A DNA stretch of 46,925 nt, from positions 1 through 46,925 of IMG/VR virus record IMGVR_UViG_3300037311_000517. The stretch is one strand, 5' to 3'. A program made the translations under genes and the position numbers. Shown one piece after another: positions 16,095 through 24,613 of this stretch; the first letter of the stretch is position 1; the number at the start of each line of letters is the position of its first letter. This DNA comes from a virus (lineage: Duplodnaviria; Caudoviricetes). The notes under the pieces are model-generated. The model was given only the letters and a program-made list of their open reading frames with translations, was not told the DNA's origin and made no database searches.

Positions 16095-16724
16095 ATGGCC
16101 TACCACCACCTGTACCACGGCGGCGGCAAGACCCCGTTCGATGCGCTGTTCGGCCAGAATGCGGCCGGCTGGATCGACGACGGCTGCACCGCCTGTCCCA
16201 CGCCGGCCGATCTGGCCGGCGCCCTCACCACCGAACTGCTCGATCGCGTCCACACCGAAGCGGCGGGGCACAAGGTCCACGTCGCCTACGGCCTCTCGCG
16301 CTCGCTGGACTTCTATCCGGCGCTGGTCGATACCGGCTACACCATGCGCGGTGATTGCGTGGTGCCCAACGGCGACGAGGGGCGCTTGCAGCCGGGCTTG
16401 CAGCAGTACCTCGTCTGCCACGACATCGCCAGCGAGGACGTGATCTATCCGATCGTGATTCCGCCGGGCTGTTTCCTGCACGGGTTTTACTGGAAGGTCG
16501 AATCGGCCGAAACCGGCGTGACCTTGCAGGCGTCCACCGTGCGCGGCGCGTTCAACGCCGCGATCGACGCTTCGGTGCTGGGCAGCGACTACACCGTCGT
16601 CAATGCGTGGCAGCCGCTGGCCGATGCGGTGACGCTCTCGGTCAGCGGTTGGCCCGCGACGGGTGCGACGAAGTTGCGGCTCACGGTGTCCGCGATCATC
16701 TTCCACCCCGATACCGGCAACTGA
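16095..16724 (+). CDS. Probable capsid decoration / minor structural protein
   Basis: GAGGAG RBS; between the capsid gene and a strong terminator; IPPGCFLHG beta-sandwich-like C-terminus. Confidence 0.7.
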   Translation: MAYHHLYHGGGKTPFDALFGQNAAGWIDDGCTACPTPADLAGALTTELLDRVHTEAAGHKVHVAYGLSRSLDFYPALVDTGYTMRGDCVVPNGDEGRLQPGLQQYLVCHDIASEDVIYPIVIPPGCFLHGFYWKVESAETGVTLQASTVRGAFNAAIDASVLGSDYTVVNAWQPLADAVTLSVSGWPATGATKLRLTVSAIIFHPDTGN

Positions 16725-16756
16725 CCGTCACACGCCGCACATCGCGCCTCTCCCAC

Positions 16757-16784
16757 AGCCCCGCTTCGGCGGGGCTTTTTTGTT
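16757..16784 (+). terminator. Strong intrinsic terminator after the capsid genes
   Basis: AGCCCCGC-TTCG-GCGGGGCT followed by TTTTTGTT. Confidence 0.92.
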
Positions 16785-16797
16785 GCCCGAGGAACCC

Positions 16798-17199
16798 ATG
16801 CAACCCTTTTCCCTTCAGCAAACGCCCCAGCCGCATACGTCGCTGGACATCCACCGCAACATCGAACATACCGGCGAGAAGATGGCCGTCTTCCAGGACG
16901 CACACGGCCATCTGTATCCGCGTGACGACGAGTTCGAGCTGTTGCCGGGCCTCACGCCCGGTTACACCACCAACGGTCGCGACTTCGAGCAGGCCGGCGA
17001 GCCGATCCGCAAGGTCGGCTCCATCCTCACCGTGCCGACGATCGAGACCGACGTTCACGGCAATCCCCTGGACATGGCGACCGCCGGCCTGGAAGGTGGG
17101 TTCGATGACGCCGACAACCGTGCCGGCGAAACCAAGCGCAAGTCGGTCAAGCGCCGCAACGAGCGCATCGACGACGGTGCCAGCGGGGCGGCGCTGTAA
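16798..17199 (+). CDS. Hypothetical phage protein
   Basis: GAGGA RBS; TAATG overlap with the next gene. Confidence 0.75.
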   Translation: MQPFSLQQTPQPHTSLDIHRNIEHTGEKMAVFQDAHGHLYPRDDEFELLPGLTPGYTTNGRDFEQAGEPIRKVGSILTVPTIETDVHGNPLDMATAGLEGGFDDADNRAGETKRKSVKRRNERIDDGASGAAL

Positions 17200-17909
17200 T
17201 GGCCGAGTTCGCGGCGGCGCTCATGCTCGAAGTCGCGCGCCTGCTCAACGATGCCGAGCCCGGCTACGAGCACATTCGCTGGGCGCGCGCCGATCTGCTC
17301 GAATACCTCAACGACGCGCAGCGACAGGTCTACCTGTATCGACCGGAGTTGTACGCGCACACGGACGTGTTCGCGCTGGTGCCCGGCGCGCGACAGGGAC
17401 CGTTGCCGGAGGGCTGCCAGTTGCAGAAGATCATCGGCTCGGCGGGCGATGCCGGTCGCGCGCGCAAGGTCGATGACGGACTGTTACAGGCGTTCGCCGA
17501 CACCGGCTGCGCGCCGGTCAGCGTGTGTGGCGATTACCGCGTGCGCGGCTACAGTTTCACGCCGCAAGACCCGCAATCGTTCTTCGTCGATCCGCCCGTG
17601 CCCGACGACGGTCAACCGTACACCGTCGCGCTGGTGTGCCAGCAGTCCCCGGAGGCGATCACCCTGGCGCAATTGGATGATGCCGATCCGCGTAATGATC
17701 GGCTGGTGACGCCCGCGCGTCTGCATAACGCCTTGATCGAGTGGATGCTGTATCGCGCCTACAGCGTCGATATGGAATCGGCGCAGTCCTTCGCCAAGCA
17801 ACAGGATCACCGCCAGCACTTCTACGCGATGCTCGGTGTCTCCGAAGCGAAGGAGCGCGTCGTCGCCGGTTCGCAGGCCGGACGCGCGCCGGACGGGGCG
17901 CGTCCGTGA
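17199..17909 (+). CDS. Head-tail adaptor protein (DUF6682-like)
   Basis: LLND......RW...DLL.YLNDAQ......RP.L and ALIEWMLYRAYS.D.E motifs. Confidence 0.78.
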   Translation: MAEFAAALMLEVARLLNDAEPGYEHIRWARADLLEYLNDAQRQVYLYRPELYAHTDVFALVPGARQGPLPEGCQLQKIIGSAGDAGRARKVDDGLLQAFADTGCAPVSVCGDYRVRGYSFTPQDPQSFFVDPPVPDDGQPYTVALVCQQSPEAITLAQLDDADPRNDRLVTPARLHNALIEWMLYRAYSVDMESAQSFAKQQDHRQHFYAMLGVSEAKERVVAGSQAGRAPDGARP

Positions 17910-18565
17910 CCTGCGGGCCGCGCTACACCGACTTCGCGCCGTTCCTGGCGCGCGTGGTCGCCGCTGCGCCGGGGTTGCCGGATGTCGCGGCGCACAGCTA
18001 TCTGCGCGATGCGGCGATCCGGTTCTGCGAGGCGTCCGGCTGGCTGGAACGCGATGCGGTCCTGCCGATGGCATGCGGGATACGCGACTATCCGGTCGTG
18101 CCCGCCGACTGCGAGCGCGTGGTTCGCATCGTCGCCGTCGAAATCGGTTGCGGCACGACGGATGACGGCATGCAGAATGACCGCATGCTCGATCCGCGCC
18201 GCGATGTGATCGAAACCGGCTGCGGTTTCCGCGTCGAAGCGTTGGAGACGCCGGACGTGTCGGTCTGGATCGACCGCGAGGGTGATGCTGGCGACACCCT
18301 GCGGGTGCGCTACGTGGCCGCGCCGCGTCACGATGCGTGTCGGCTTGATGCGCGGCTCGTAGAGGAATGGGGCCGGGCCTTGGTCGAGGGCGCGCTCGCG
18401 GACGTGCTGTTGTTGCCGGGACAGCCGTTCAGCGATCCGCGTCTGGCGGCCGTCTACAGCCAACGCTTCGACGCCGCGATCCTGCGTGCCCGCACGCGCC
18501 GCCTACGCGGTCGCACGGGCGGCGCGCGGACGATGGTGCTGGAGCGCGGCGATTTTGCGGTGTAG
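17906..18565 (+). CDS. Second adaptor / tail tubular protein A-like
   Basis: GTGA coupling; LRDAAIRFC..S.W and GALA..L..PGQPFSDP.LA motifs. Confidence 0.7.
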   Translation: MTCGPRYTDFAPFLARVVAAAPGLPDVAAHSYLRDAAIRFCEASGWLERDAVLPMACGIRDYPVVPADCERVVRIVAVEIGCGTTDDGMQNDRMLDPRRDVIETGCGFRVEALETPDVSVWIDREGDAGDTLRVRYVAAPRHDACRLDARLVEEWGRALVEGALADVLLLPGQPFSDPRLAAVYSQRFDAAILRARTRRLRGRTGGARTMVLERGDFAV

Positions 18566-18574
18566 GAGGTTCGC

Positions 18575-19081
18575 ATGGCGCGCCCGCTGATCGTGGAGCC
18601 GAACACCGAACGCCTGCAAGTGGTGCTGATGCGCGACTGTGCGACGGTCGATGCGGCGAACGTCACCTTGACTGTCACGCGCAAGGGCGAGGTCGCATGT
18701 CCGCCCGCGCTAGATGGCGTCGATGCGTGCGCGCGTCCGTGGCCGCGCGCGCATGATGTGGCGGAAGGTCGCTGGGGCGGGTGTGGTGGCTGCGGCGAGT
18801 CGAATTGCGGCGCATGCGGCAAGCGTGCGCCGACCTTGGCGCCGTGCCGGCCGTGCGACGAGGCGTTGCCGGTCGCGTGCCGGTCGCCGTCGAAAACCTA
18901 CGTCGCGCAATCCGTCGTGCGGGGCGTCGCGACCTTCCTTCTCGACCACGATCTGACCGAGGCGCCCGAAGGATGGTATCTCGGGCGCGTGGCCGTGGAC
19001 GGGTGCGAGGTGGCCGTGTTGACGGTGTGGGTGCGATGCGGTGCTGTCATCGCGCGAAGTGTCGGATTGTTGTTTACGTGA
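18575..19081 (+). CDS. Cys-rich hypothetical protein
   Basis: AGGAGG RBS; 12 Cys in 168 aa including CGGC, CGAC and CRPC. Confidence 0.75.
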   Translation: MARPLIVEPNTERLQVVLMRDCATVDAANVTLTVTRKGEVACPPALDGVDACARPWPRAHDVAEGRWGGCGGCGESNCGACGKRAPTLAPCRPCDEALPVACRSPSKTYVAQSVVRGVATFLLDHDLTEAPEGWYLGRVAVDGCEVAVLTVWVRCGAVIARSVGLLFT

Positions 19082-19133
19082 TTGATTTGGATAACGAAAG
19101 ACGGAGTTGCGAAGATAGTCTGTCAGCGAGGAC

Positions 19134-19937
19134 TCAACGATCATCCGTTTCTTCAAGCGAACGAATCGGGCTGCCGTAATAGTCGCGAATCAAATCTTCT
19201 CGGGACGCTTGAATGCCGATGAATTCGGCGTCATCTTCTGCGCCGGGCGGAAGAAAACAGAGTATGGTGCCACCGTTCATTTTTTTCTCATACAGCTCCA
19301 ATGTGACGAGAAATGCACGCAGCGCGAAGCGGGGCAGGCCGCGAATCGCCCACCGTTTAGGGCTGAGATTGGCGTCTCGAAAAATGCGTTCTGCATGGGG
19401 TCGTGAGAAGGTAAGGGGAATCAGATTTTTATCGAAGCCAGGAAAGCGAGCGCCATAATGCGAGCCTGTCAGTTTTCCATCCCGAAGCTCCATGATGATC
19501 CAGAAGGGTTCGCCGACATAATCCTCGTGGGGTAATGCCACGGTGGTTAACCGCTCTGCAAGAAGCTGGTTGATAGAAGGCAAATCCTCAAAACGCAAGG
19601 GAAGAATGTCGTGGTATTTGGCGAAGCCATCGGCCCCACTTTGGTAGCCGTTCCGAGCAACGATGACCCCTGTGATGTTGCCAATGTCGCGGAGCTTGGA
19701 TTCAAATTCTTGAACTTGGCCTTTCGAGATGGACGTGGCCCAATCCTTGCATTCAATGGCGACGCGATGCCGAATGCCGGCCTTTGTGAACTCGTAGTAC
19801 ACGTCGATTTCGTGCTGCTCACCTGATTTTCCAGTCATGAACATCGGGTTGCTGACAGCAACACCTTCGTCTCGCATGTTCAAAAGAAAGGCGTAGACAC
19901 GCCGAACGTCTTTTTCGAGGGATGCGCCAGGTTTCAT
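19134..19937 (-). CDS. Mrr-like (Mrr_cat) restriction endonuclease moron, putative anti-phage gene
   Basis: LE.....GKSG..HEIDV...AIECKDW...V..F..KL.D....GVIV...GYQSGA; AT-richer than its flanks; opposite strand. Start chosen at MKPGASLE (ORF is open to 20006). Confidence 0.85.
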   Translation of the reverse strand: MKPGASLEKDVRRVYAFLLNMRDEGVAVSNPMFMTGKSGEQHEIDVYYEFTKAGIRHRVAIECKDWATSISKGQVQEFESKLRDIGNITGVIVARNGYQSGADGFAKYHDILPLRFEDLPSINQLLAERLTTVALPHEDYVGEPFWIIMELRDGKLTGSHYGARFPGFDKNLIPLTFSRPHAERIFRDANLSPKRWAIRGLPRFALRAFLVTLELYEKKMNGGTILCFLPPGAEDDAEFIGIQASREDLIRDYYGSPIRSLEETDDR

Positions 19938-20005
19938 GCGTGCGTATTGGTCATGGGTCAATTCCGTGTTTGTCGATACCCGTAGTCGGGCCATTCCATC
20001 TGACA

Positions 20006-21679
20006 ATGACTTCCATCAATTTTCGTGGTTTAGTCGGCATGCGTCCACGCGCTCATCGCGCGTTGCTCGCCGGCAATGAGGCGATCTGGGCCGAAAACGT
20101 CAATCTCTGGCATGGCACTATCGAAGCATATCGCACGCCGTTGCCGGTCGATCCGCGCGGGGCACCGCATCGCACGATCTTCCGCACGGAGGCAGGTTGG
20201 ATCGCGCTGCCCGGCGTCGATGATCTTGTTGCCGGCCTGCCCGGATGCTCGCGCGTGATCGCGGTCGGCGAGGATCTGCGTGCCCCGGTATGGGCCGATG
20301 CGGCGGACGCCGTGGCCGGTCGCTGGTGGCGGCTGGGCCTGCCCGTGCCGATGCCGCCGGTCGCGACCCCGAGCGCACCGCCAAGCTGGGCCGGGCCGAA
20401 CGACCAGCGCAGCGAATACCGCGCGTATGTTGTCACCTACGTGGATCGGTTCGGCAACGAAGGCCCGCCGTCGCTGCCGTCCGCGCGTTTCGGGATCGAC
20501 TACGGCGCGGCCGTCCTGGTGCAGTGGGACAGCGCCCCCAGCGGCGGCTGGGATGTGCAGGCGGCGCGGTTGTACCGGCTGACCGCGAGTGACGCGGGCG
20601 CCGAGCAGATCGGCCTGCCGCGCATGGAGGACTTCCACCTCGTCGGGGAATTCCCGGCAGCCGTGAACGGGGTCAATGATGCCCTCCCGAATCTGGACCT
20701 GGGCGAGCCGCTGACGACGATGCGTTTTGCGCCCCCGCCGGAAGGACTGACGCATCTGATCGCCGAACCGAATGGCACCCAACTGGCCGGCGCGGCCGGC
20801 CGCGAGCTGTGGGTCTGTGAGCCGCACGAATTCCATGCGTGGCCGGACGCTTACCGCCTGCACCTGGACGACACCATCGTCGCGCTGGCCTGGACCGACA
20901 GCGGGCTGTACGTGGCCACGGACGGGCACCCGTACTGGATCGCGCCGCAGGCGGACGAACTTGGACGGCGAGAGGTGTTCCGCATGGTGGAGCCCATGCC
21001 CTGCGTCTCGCGCCGGTCGATGACGGTCACGCCGAGCGGGAGCGCGCTCTACGCCGGTCGCGACGGCATGGTCCTGCTGCATGGCCGCCAGTCCCAGCGC
21101 GTCAGTCAGGCGTACTGGGGTGAAGACGACTTCGCGGCCCTGCGGCCGGAGACGATGCTCGCCGCTGTCCACGATGGCCTGTGGTTCGGCTTCACCGCGA
21201 ACAGCGGCTGGATGCTCGATCTGACCGACCCGGCCTATCCCGGCCGGCAGTTGGGCCTGATCGCGCTGTCGCTGCGCCCAACCGCACTGCTTCGCAGTCG
21301 CACCGACGCGCTGTTCCTGGCGCTGCCGACCGGCATCGGTCAGTGGAACGCCGGCCCGACCTACCTGTCGCTGCGCTACCGGACGCGCTGCACGGTCACG
21401 CCGGGACAGATGAACTGGGCGGCGGCCAAAGTGGTCTGGGACGTACACCCGTTCCGCGGTGACTGGGCGGAGGCTGCCCCGGCAACCACGTTCCGGCTGT
21501 GGACCGACGACCGGCTGCGCTTCGAGCGGGAGCTACGGCACTCCAACCCGTTCCGGTTGCCGCACCTGAGTCGGCATCTGGGGTTCGAGATCGAGATCGA
21601 ACGGCCGGAATCGCCCGACAAGGGTGTGCTACGCGAAATCCACATCGCCACCAGCATCGCCGAACTGGCGGCGGGGTAG
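20006..21679 (+). CDS. Tail nozzle / tail tubular protein B-like
   Basis: F.G..PR....LL....A..A.N; YVVTYVDRFGNEGPPS.PS; EP...HAWP..Y; PCVSRRSM; PFRLP C-terminus; sits after the adaptors. Confidence 0.8.
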   Translation: MTSINFRGLVGMRPRAHRALLAGNEAIWAENVNLWHGTIEAYRTPLPVDPRGAPHRTIFRTEAGWIALPGVDDLVAGLPGCSRVIAVGEDLRAPVWADAADAVAGRWWRLGLPVPMPPVATPSAPPSWAGPNDQRSEYRAYVVTYVDRFGNEGPPSLPSARFGIDYGAAVLVQWDSAPSGGWDVQAARLYRLTASDAGAEQIGLPRMEDFHLVGEFPAAVNGVNDALPNLDLGEPLTTMRFAPPPEGLTHLIAEPNGTQLAGAAGRELWVCEPHEFHAWPDAYRLHLDDTIVALAWTDSGLYVATDGHPYWIAPQADELGRREVFRMVEPMPCVSRRSMTVTPSGSALYAGRDGMVLLHGRQSQRVSQAYWGEDDFAALRPETMLAAVHDGLWFGFTANSGWMLDLTDPAYPGRQLGLIALSLRPTALLRSRTDALFLALPTGIGQWNAGPTYLSLRYRTRCTVTPGQMNWAAAKVVWDVHPFRGDWAEAAPATTFRLWTDDRLRFERELRHSNPFRLPHLSRHLGFEIEIERPESPDKGVLREIHIATSIAELAAG

Positions 21680-21690
21680 GAAAACCCTGA

Positions 21691-21728
21691 CAGGGCGGTG
21701 CGGCAATCACCGATGCCACATCGCCCTG
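21691..21728. terminator. Long hairpin between convergent genes (possible terminator for the minus-strand moron)
   Basis: CAGGGCGGTG-C-GGCA pairs with TGCC-A-CATCGCCCTG; TTTT follows on the minus strand after a short spacer. Confidence 0.4.
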
Positions 21729-21817
21729 CGGATCGGTAAGGTGGCTTCCGTCAGGTCCGGGGCCATTGGCTACCCCACCCGGACGGCCGTCGGGCACGGC
21801 CCTTGCTGACCCTGCCG

Positions 21818-22516
21818 CTATGCCTTGACGAGCGCGCGCCGGAGGAAGGCTTCCGCCTCTGGCGGGTAGCCCTTGTATTCGGGTTTCGCCACGGCGTCCA
21901 TGTAGCGCAGGAAGAACGTGCGCTTCGGAACATACTTCGCGTAGAGCGTTTTCTGATGCACCCAGAGTTGCAGCAGCTTGTCGCTGGTTTGGTTGAATTC
22001 CAGAAAGCAGTTCGTATCGGTGTCGGCAGCCAAGTCCCAGAGCCACATCCTGCGCGGATTCCACTCGACGCGGTAATGTCCTTTCTCGTCGCGTTGACCG
22101 AGCGTGAAGGTCTTGCGCCAGAACTCCTGAATATCGACGACCCAGATCACGCGCCGCCCGGTGTGCGTTCGGTAGAAGTCCACGCGGGCGCGCGAGTCTC
22201 GGATGTCGATGCGGCTGTGCTGAATCTCGATCACCGTGTTGTCGCTGCCGAGGATGTCGGCGCGATGCTCGTTGTTCGGTCCCATGACCACTTCGCAGTG
22301 GGCGTCGTCGATGGTCGCCTTCCACTGCTCATGCCATTCGGATTCCTGCTCGTAGCCTGCGGGTAGTTTCGGTGCGCCGCCGACGTAGGCCCAATACTGC
22401 AAGATTTCGCCGACGCATGCCTTGACCGGAAGGCGGGTCCAAGGGCAGGTGCCCAGCGCACCGCTACCAGCGATGTGGGCGCGGACGCGGCGTCCGTTGT
22501 AAAGCGCGATCAGCAT
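21818..22516 (-). CDS. CoiA-like PD-(D/E)xK nuclease moron
   Basis: ES.WH..WK; HRADI......IEIQHS.I......R..FY; VIWVVD; AAGGA RBS; own AT-rich upstream region. Confidence 0.8.
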   Translation of the reverse strand: MLIALYNGRRVRAHIAGSGALGTCPWTRLPVKACVGEILQYWAYVGGAPKLPAGYEQESEWHEQWKATIDDAHCEVVMGPNNEHRADILGSDNTVIEIQHSRIDIRDSRARVDFYRTHTGRRVIWVVDIQEFWRKTFTLGQRDEKGHYRVEWNPRRMWLWDLAADTDTNCFLEFNQTSDKLLQLWVHQKTLYAKYVPKRTFFLRYMDAVAKPEYKGYPPEAEAFLRRALVKA

Positions 22517-22773
22517 GGTGCGTTCCTTCGATGGAGTCGTGTCGATAGCAGCAGAAGATCGCGTGGCTGTCTATGGTGAAAATTACGAGTTCCATGAAAA
22601 GACGGACGGTGGAATACATTGAAAACTGTCCGTAAAACGTACAGAAATCAAAGTGCTTTCGGCAAGCGATTGATTTTCATGGTGCCGCGATAAAAATTTC
22701 GATTCGGTCAAACTTCGCGAAATTCGCGCAAAAAAATCAGTGTAATTTTTCAGCAATTCCATCCATCCAACCC

Positions 22774-22808
22774 AGGCCCGCCCGGCAACGCGCGGGCCTT
22801 TGCATTTT
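22774..22808 (+). terminator. Intrinsic terminator upstream of the ejection module
   Basis: AGGCCCGC-N10-GCGGGCCT followed by TTGCATTTT. Confidence 0.65.
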
Positions 22809-22818
22809 CGGAGCCACC

Positions 22819-23277
22819 ATGCAGATCAAACGCAACAACGACATCCCCCTGAGCATGGCCGATGCGCTGGTCGATCTGGTCCGCCGCTACGTGGTCGCGC
22901 TTGATGCGGACGCGACGCCGCACGAGGCCGGCATCGTGCGCGCGCTCGTGCCGGTGCTGGCAGGCGCGGGCGGCATTTCGATGTACGTCGGCGCCGCGAT
23001 CAACGCGGCCGGCGTGCCGGTCGGCCTGCTGATGGGCTACAACGCGATGGCGCCGCTCGACGGCGAGATTCAGGCGCATGCGCCGCTGTTGATGGTTGAT
23101 ACGGCGGGCGAGGGCGTCACCGCGACCACTGCCACGGAATTGGTGGCCGATTTCGAGACCTGGGCGAAAGAGCGGCAGGCGACCCAGTTGCGCGTGGAAC
23201 TCGCGCCGAACTGCGGGATGCCGATGCTGGCCGGCTTCCGCGCGTCCACGACGGCCTACAGCAAGAAGATCGGCTGA
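22819..23277 (+). CDS. GNAT-fold (acetyltransferase-like) protein
   Basis: PVGLLMG; LVADFETWAKERQATQLRV; GF......YSKKI; usual position before podovirus ejection genes; acetyl-CoA loop looks degenerate. Confidence 0.6.
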   Translation: MQIKRNNDIPLSMADALVDLVRRYVVALDADATPHEAGIVRALVPVLAGAGGISMYVGAAINAAGVPVGLLMGYNAMAPLDGEIQAHAPLLMVDTAGEGVTATTATELVADFETWAKERQATQLRVELAPNCGMPMLAGFRASTTAYSKKIG

Positions 23278-24587
23278 TGGCGACCGCTGTCCTCGTCACC
23301 AACTGGGGTGGCGCGTCGTTCATGGACGCGGCGTATCTATCGATGCTCCAGCATCGCAACCTCGTCCAGAACGACAACACCTCCGCCGTCAACGCCTGGA
23401 TCAACGCCGAGTCGCAGCAACGGCAGGACATCAACCAGCAGATCCGGCAGGTCATCTACAACCCGACGCTGCCGACCATGCTGCCGGGCACGATTTCCTG
23501 GGGCACGATCCTTGCGGGCGCCGGCATCGGTGGGTTGCTGGGCTGGATGCTCAACGACGACGACTATGCCGGCTTCGGCCAGACCCTGCCGCGCTACAAC
23601 TGCGACACCGGCAACGTCGAAGTGGTGCCGGGCGACCCGGACGGCAACAGTCAGGTGACGAGTACGATCGTCGGCGCGGGCTTGGGTGCGTTGCTCGCGT
23701 ATCTCGCGCAGCCGTCGATCCACGTTACGCCGAACCCGGCCGCCGGCCGCGACCGCTACCTCGCGGAACTGGCCTACAAACAGCAACTCGACAGCGTAGG
23801 CGTCAAGGCCATTGGCCAAGTCGCGATCCAGATCGCGATCGACAACTACATCGCCAGCAAGCAACGCGACTTGGTGCGCTCCATCGCCAACGATCAGGCC
23901 GCGCTCGCCAATCGCCAACTGGTGATGGCCGAGAAGGAGTATTGCCGCTACACCACGATCTTCGCGCCGGTCGAAGACGCGACGATGGCGCAGGTCGCCG
24001 CCGATCCGCGCTACGTGCCGCAGTACGAGTTGCACATGGGCCGCGCGCGCAACGACGCCGCGCGCGCTTTCGGCAAGGCGATGACCGGACTCAATCGCAA
24101 GCTCTCGCGCTACTGCGCGGGCGCGAACGCGAATCTGCTGCGCGAGATTCATTCGGAGTGGGCGCGCACCGAAGTCGATGCCGTGAACCATGCGTGGCGC
24201 TACGAGGAATTGCAGGCGTGGCGTCGCGACGATGTGCAGTTCAACCGCAAATTGCAGATGTTCAACATCGGTCGCAGCCTGCAAGCGAGCGCGACCGGCG
24301 ACATGCGTGCGGCGACAGCGGCGATCGGCGGCGCGAACGAGGCGTTGATGAGCGGCATGAGCGGCTACTACGGCGCGTTGCAGGCGAGTTTCGGGCGCTT
24401 CTCCGGCTACCTCATGCAACAGTCGCGCGCGAACAGCCTGCAATCGTTCGGGATGGGGGCCGCGATGCTCGCGCGCGGCGTGTCTGGCGGCTTCGGTGGT
24501 TTCGATGGCGACGCACCGGACGACGACACCTTGCTCAACTTGCGCGATGCCCGTGGCCTTGCCGCACGCATGGCGCCTTTCGCGTAA
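23277..24587 (+). CDS. Internal virion / DNA ejection protein
   Basis: TGATG coupling; two glycine-zipper hydrophobic segments (AGAGIGGLLGW, VGAGLGALLAY); helical Ala/Gln-rich body. Confidence 0.7.
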   Translation: MATAVLVTNWGGASFMDAAYLSMLQHRNLVQNDNTSAVNAWINAESQQRQDINQQIRQVIYNPTLPTMLPGTISWGTILAGAGIGGLLGWMLNDDDYAGFGQTLPRYNCDTGNVEVVPGDPDGNSQVTSTIVGAGLGALLAYLAQPSIHVTPNPAAGRDRYLAELAYKQQLDSVGVKAIGQVAIQIAIDNYIASKQRDLVRSIANDQAALANRQLVMAEKEYCRYTTIFAPVEDATMAQVAADPRYVPQYELHMGRARNDAARAFGKAMTGLNRKLSRYCAGANANLLREIHSEWARTEVDAVNHAWRYEELQAWRRDDVQFNRKLQMFNIGRSLQASATGDMRAATAAIGGANEALMSGMSGYYGALQASFGRFSGYLMQQSRANSLQSFGMGAAMLARGVSGGFGGFDGDAPDDDTLLNLRDARGLAARMAPFA

Positions 24588-24613
24588 CCCGACCGTCACT
24601 ACGGACTTTCCGC

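Noticed and set aside
21803-22366. Plus-strand 187-aa ORF
   Set aside because: Antisense to the CoiA-like gene, which has the motifs and the RBS.
22663-22687. AAGCGATTGATTTTCATGGTGCCG as a relic att site (reverse of a tRNA 3' end)
   Set aside because: Only about 8 nt match a tRNA end; no T-arm follows, no second copy was seen and no integrase is in the window.
23096-24613. 1020-aa version of the second ejection protein
   Set aside because: The upstream half is Arg-rich off-frame sequence over 23277..24587; the plausible start is ATG 24614.
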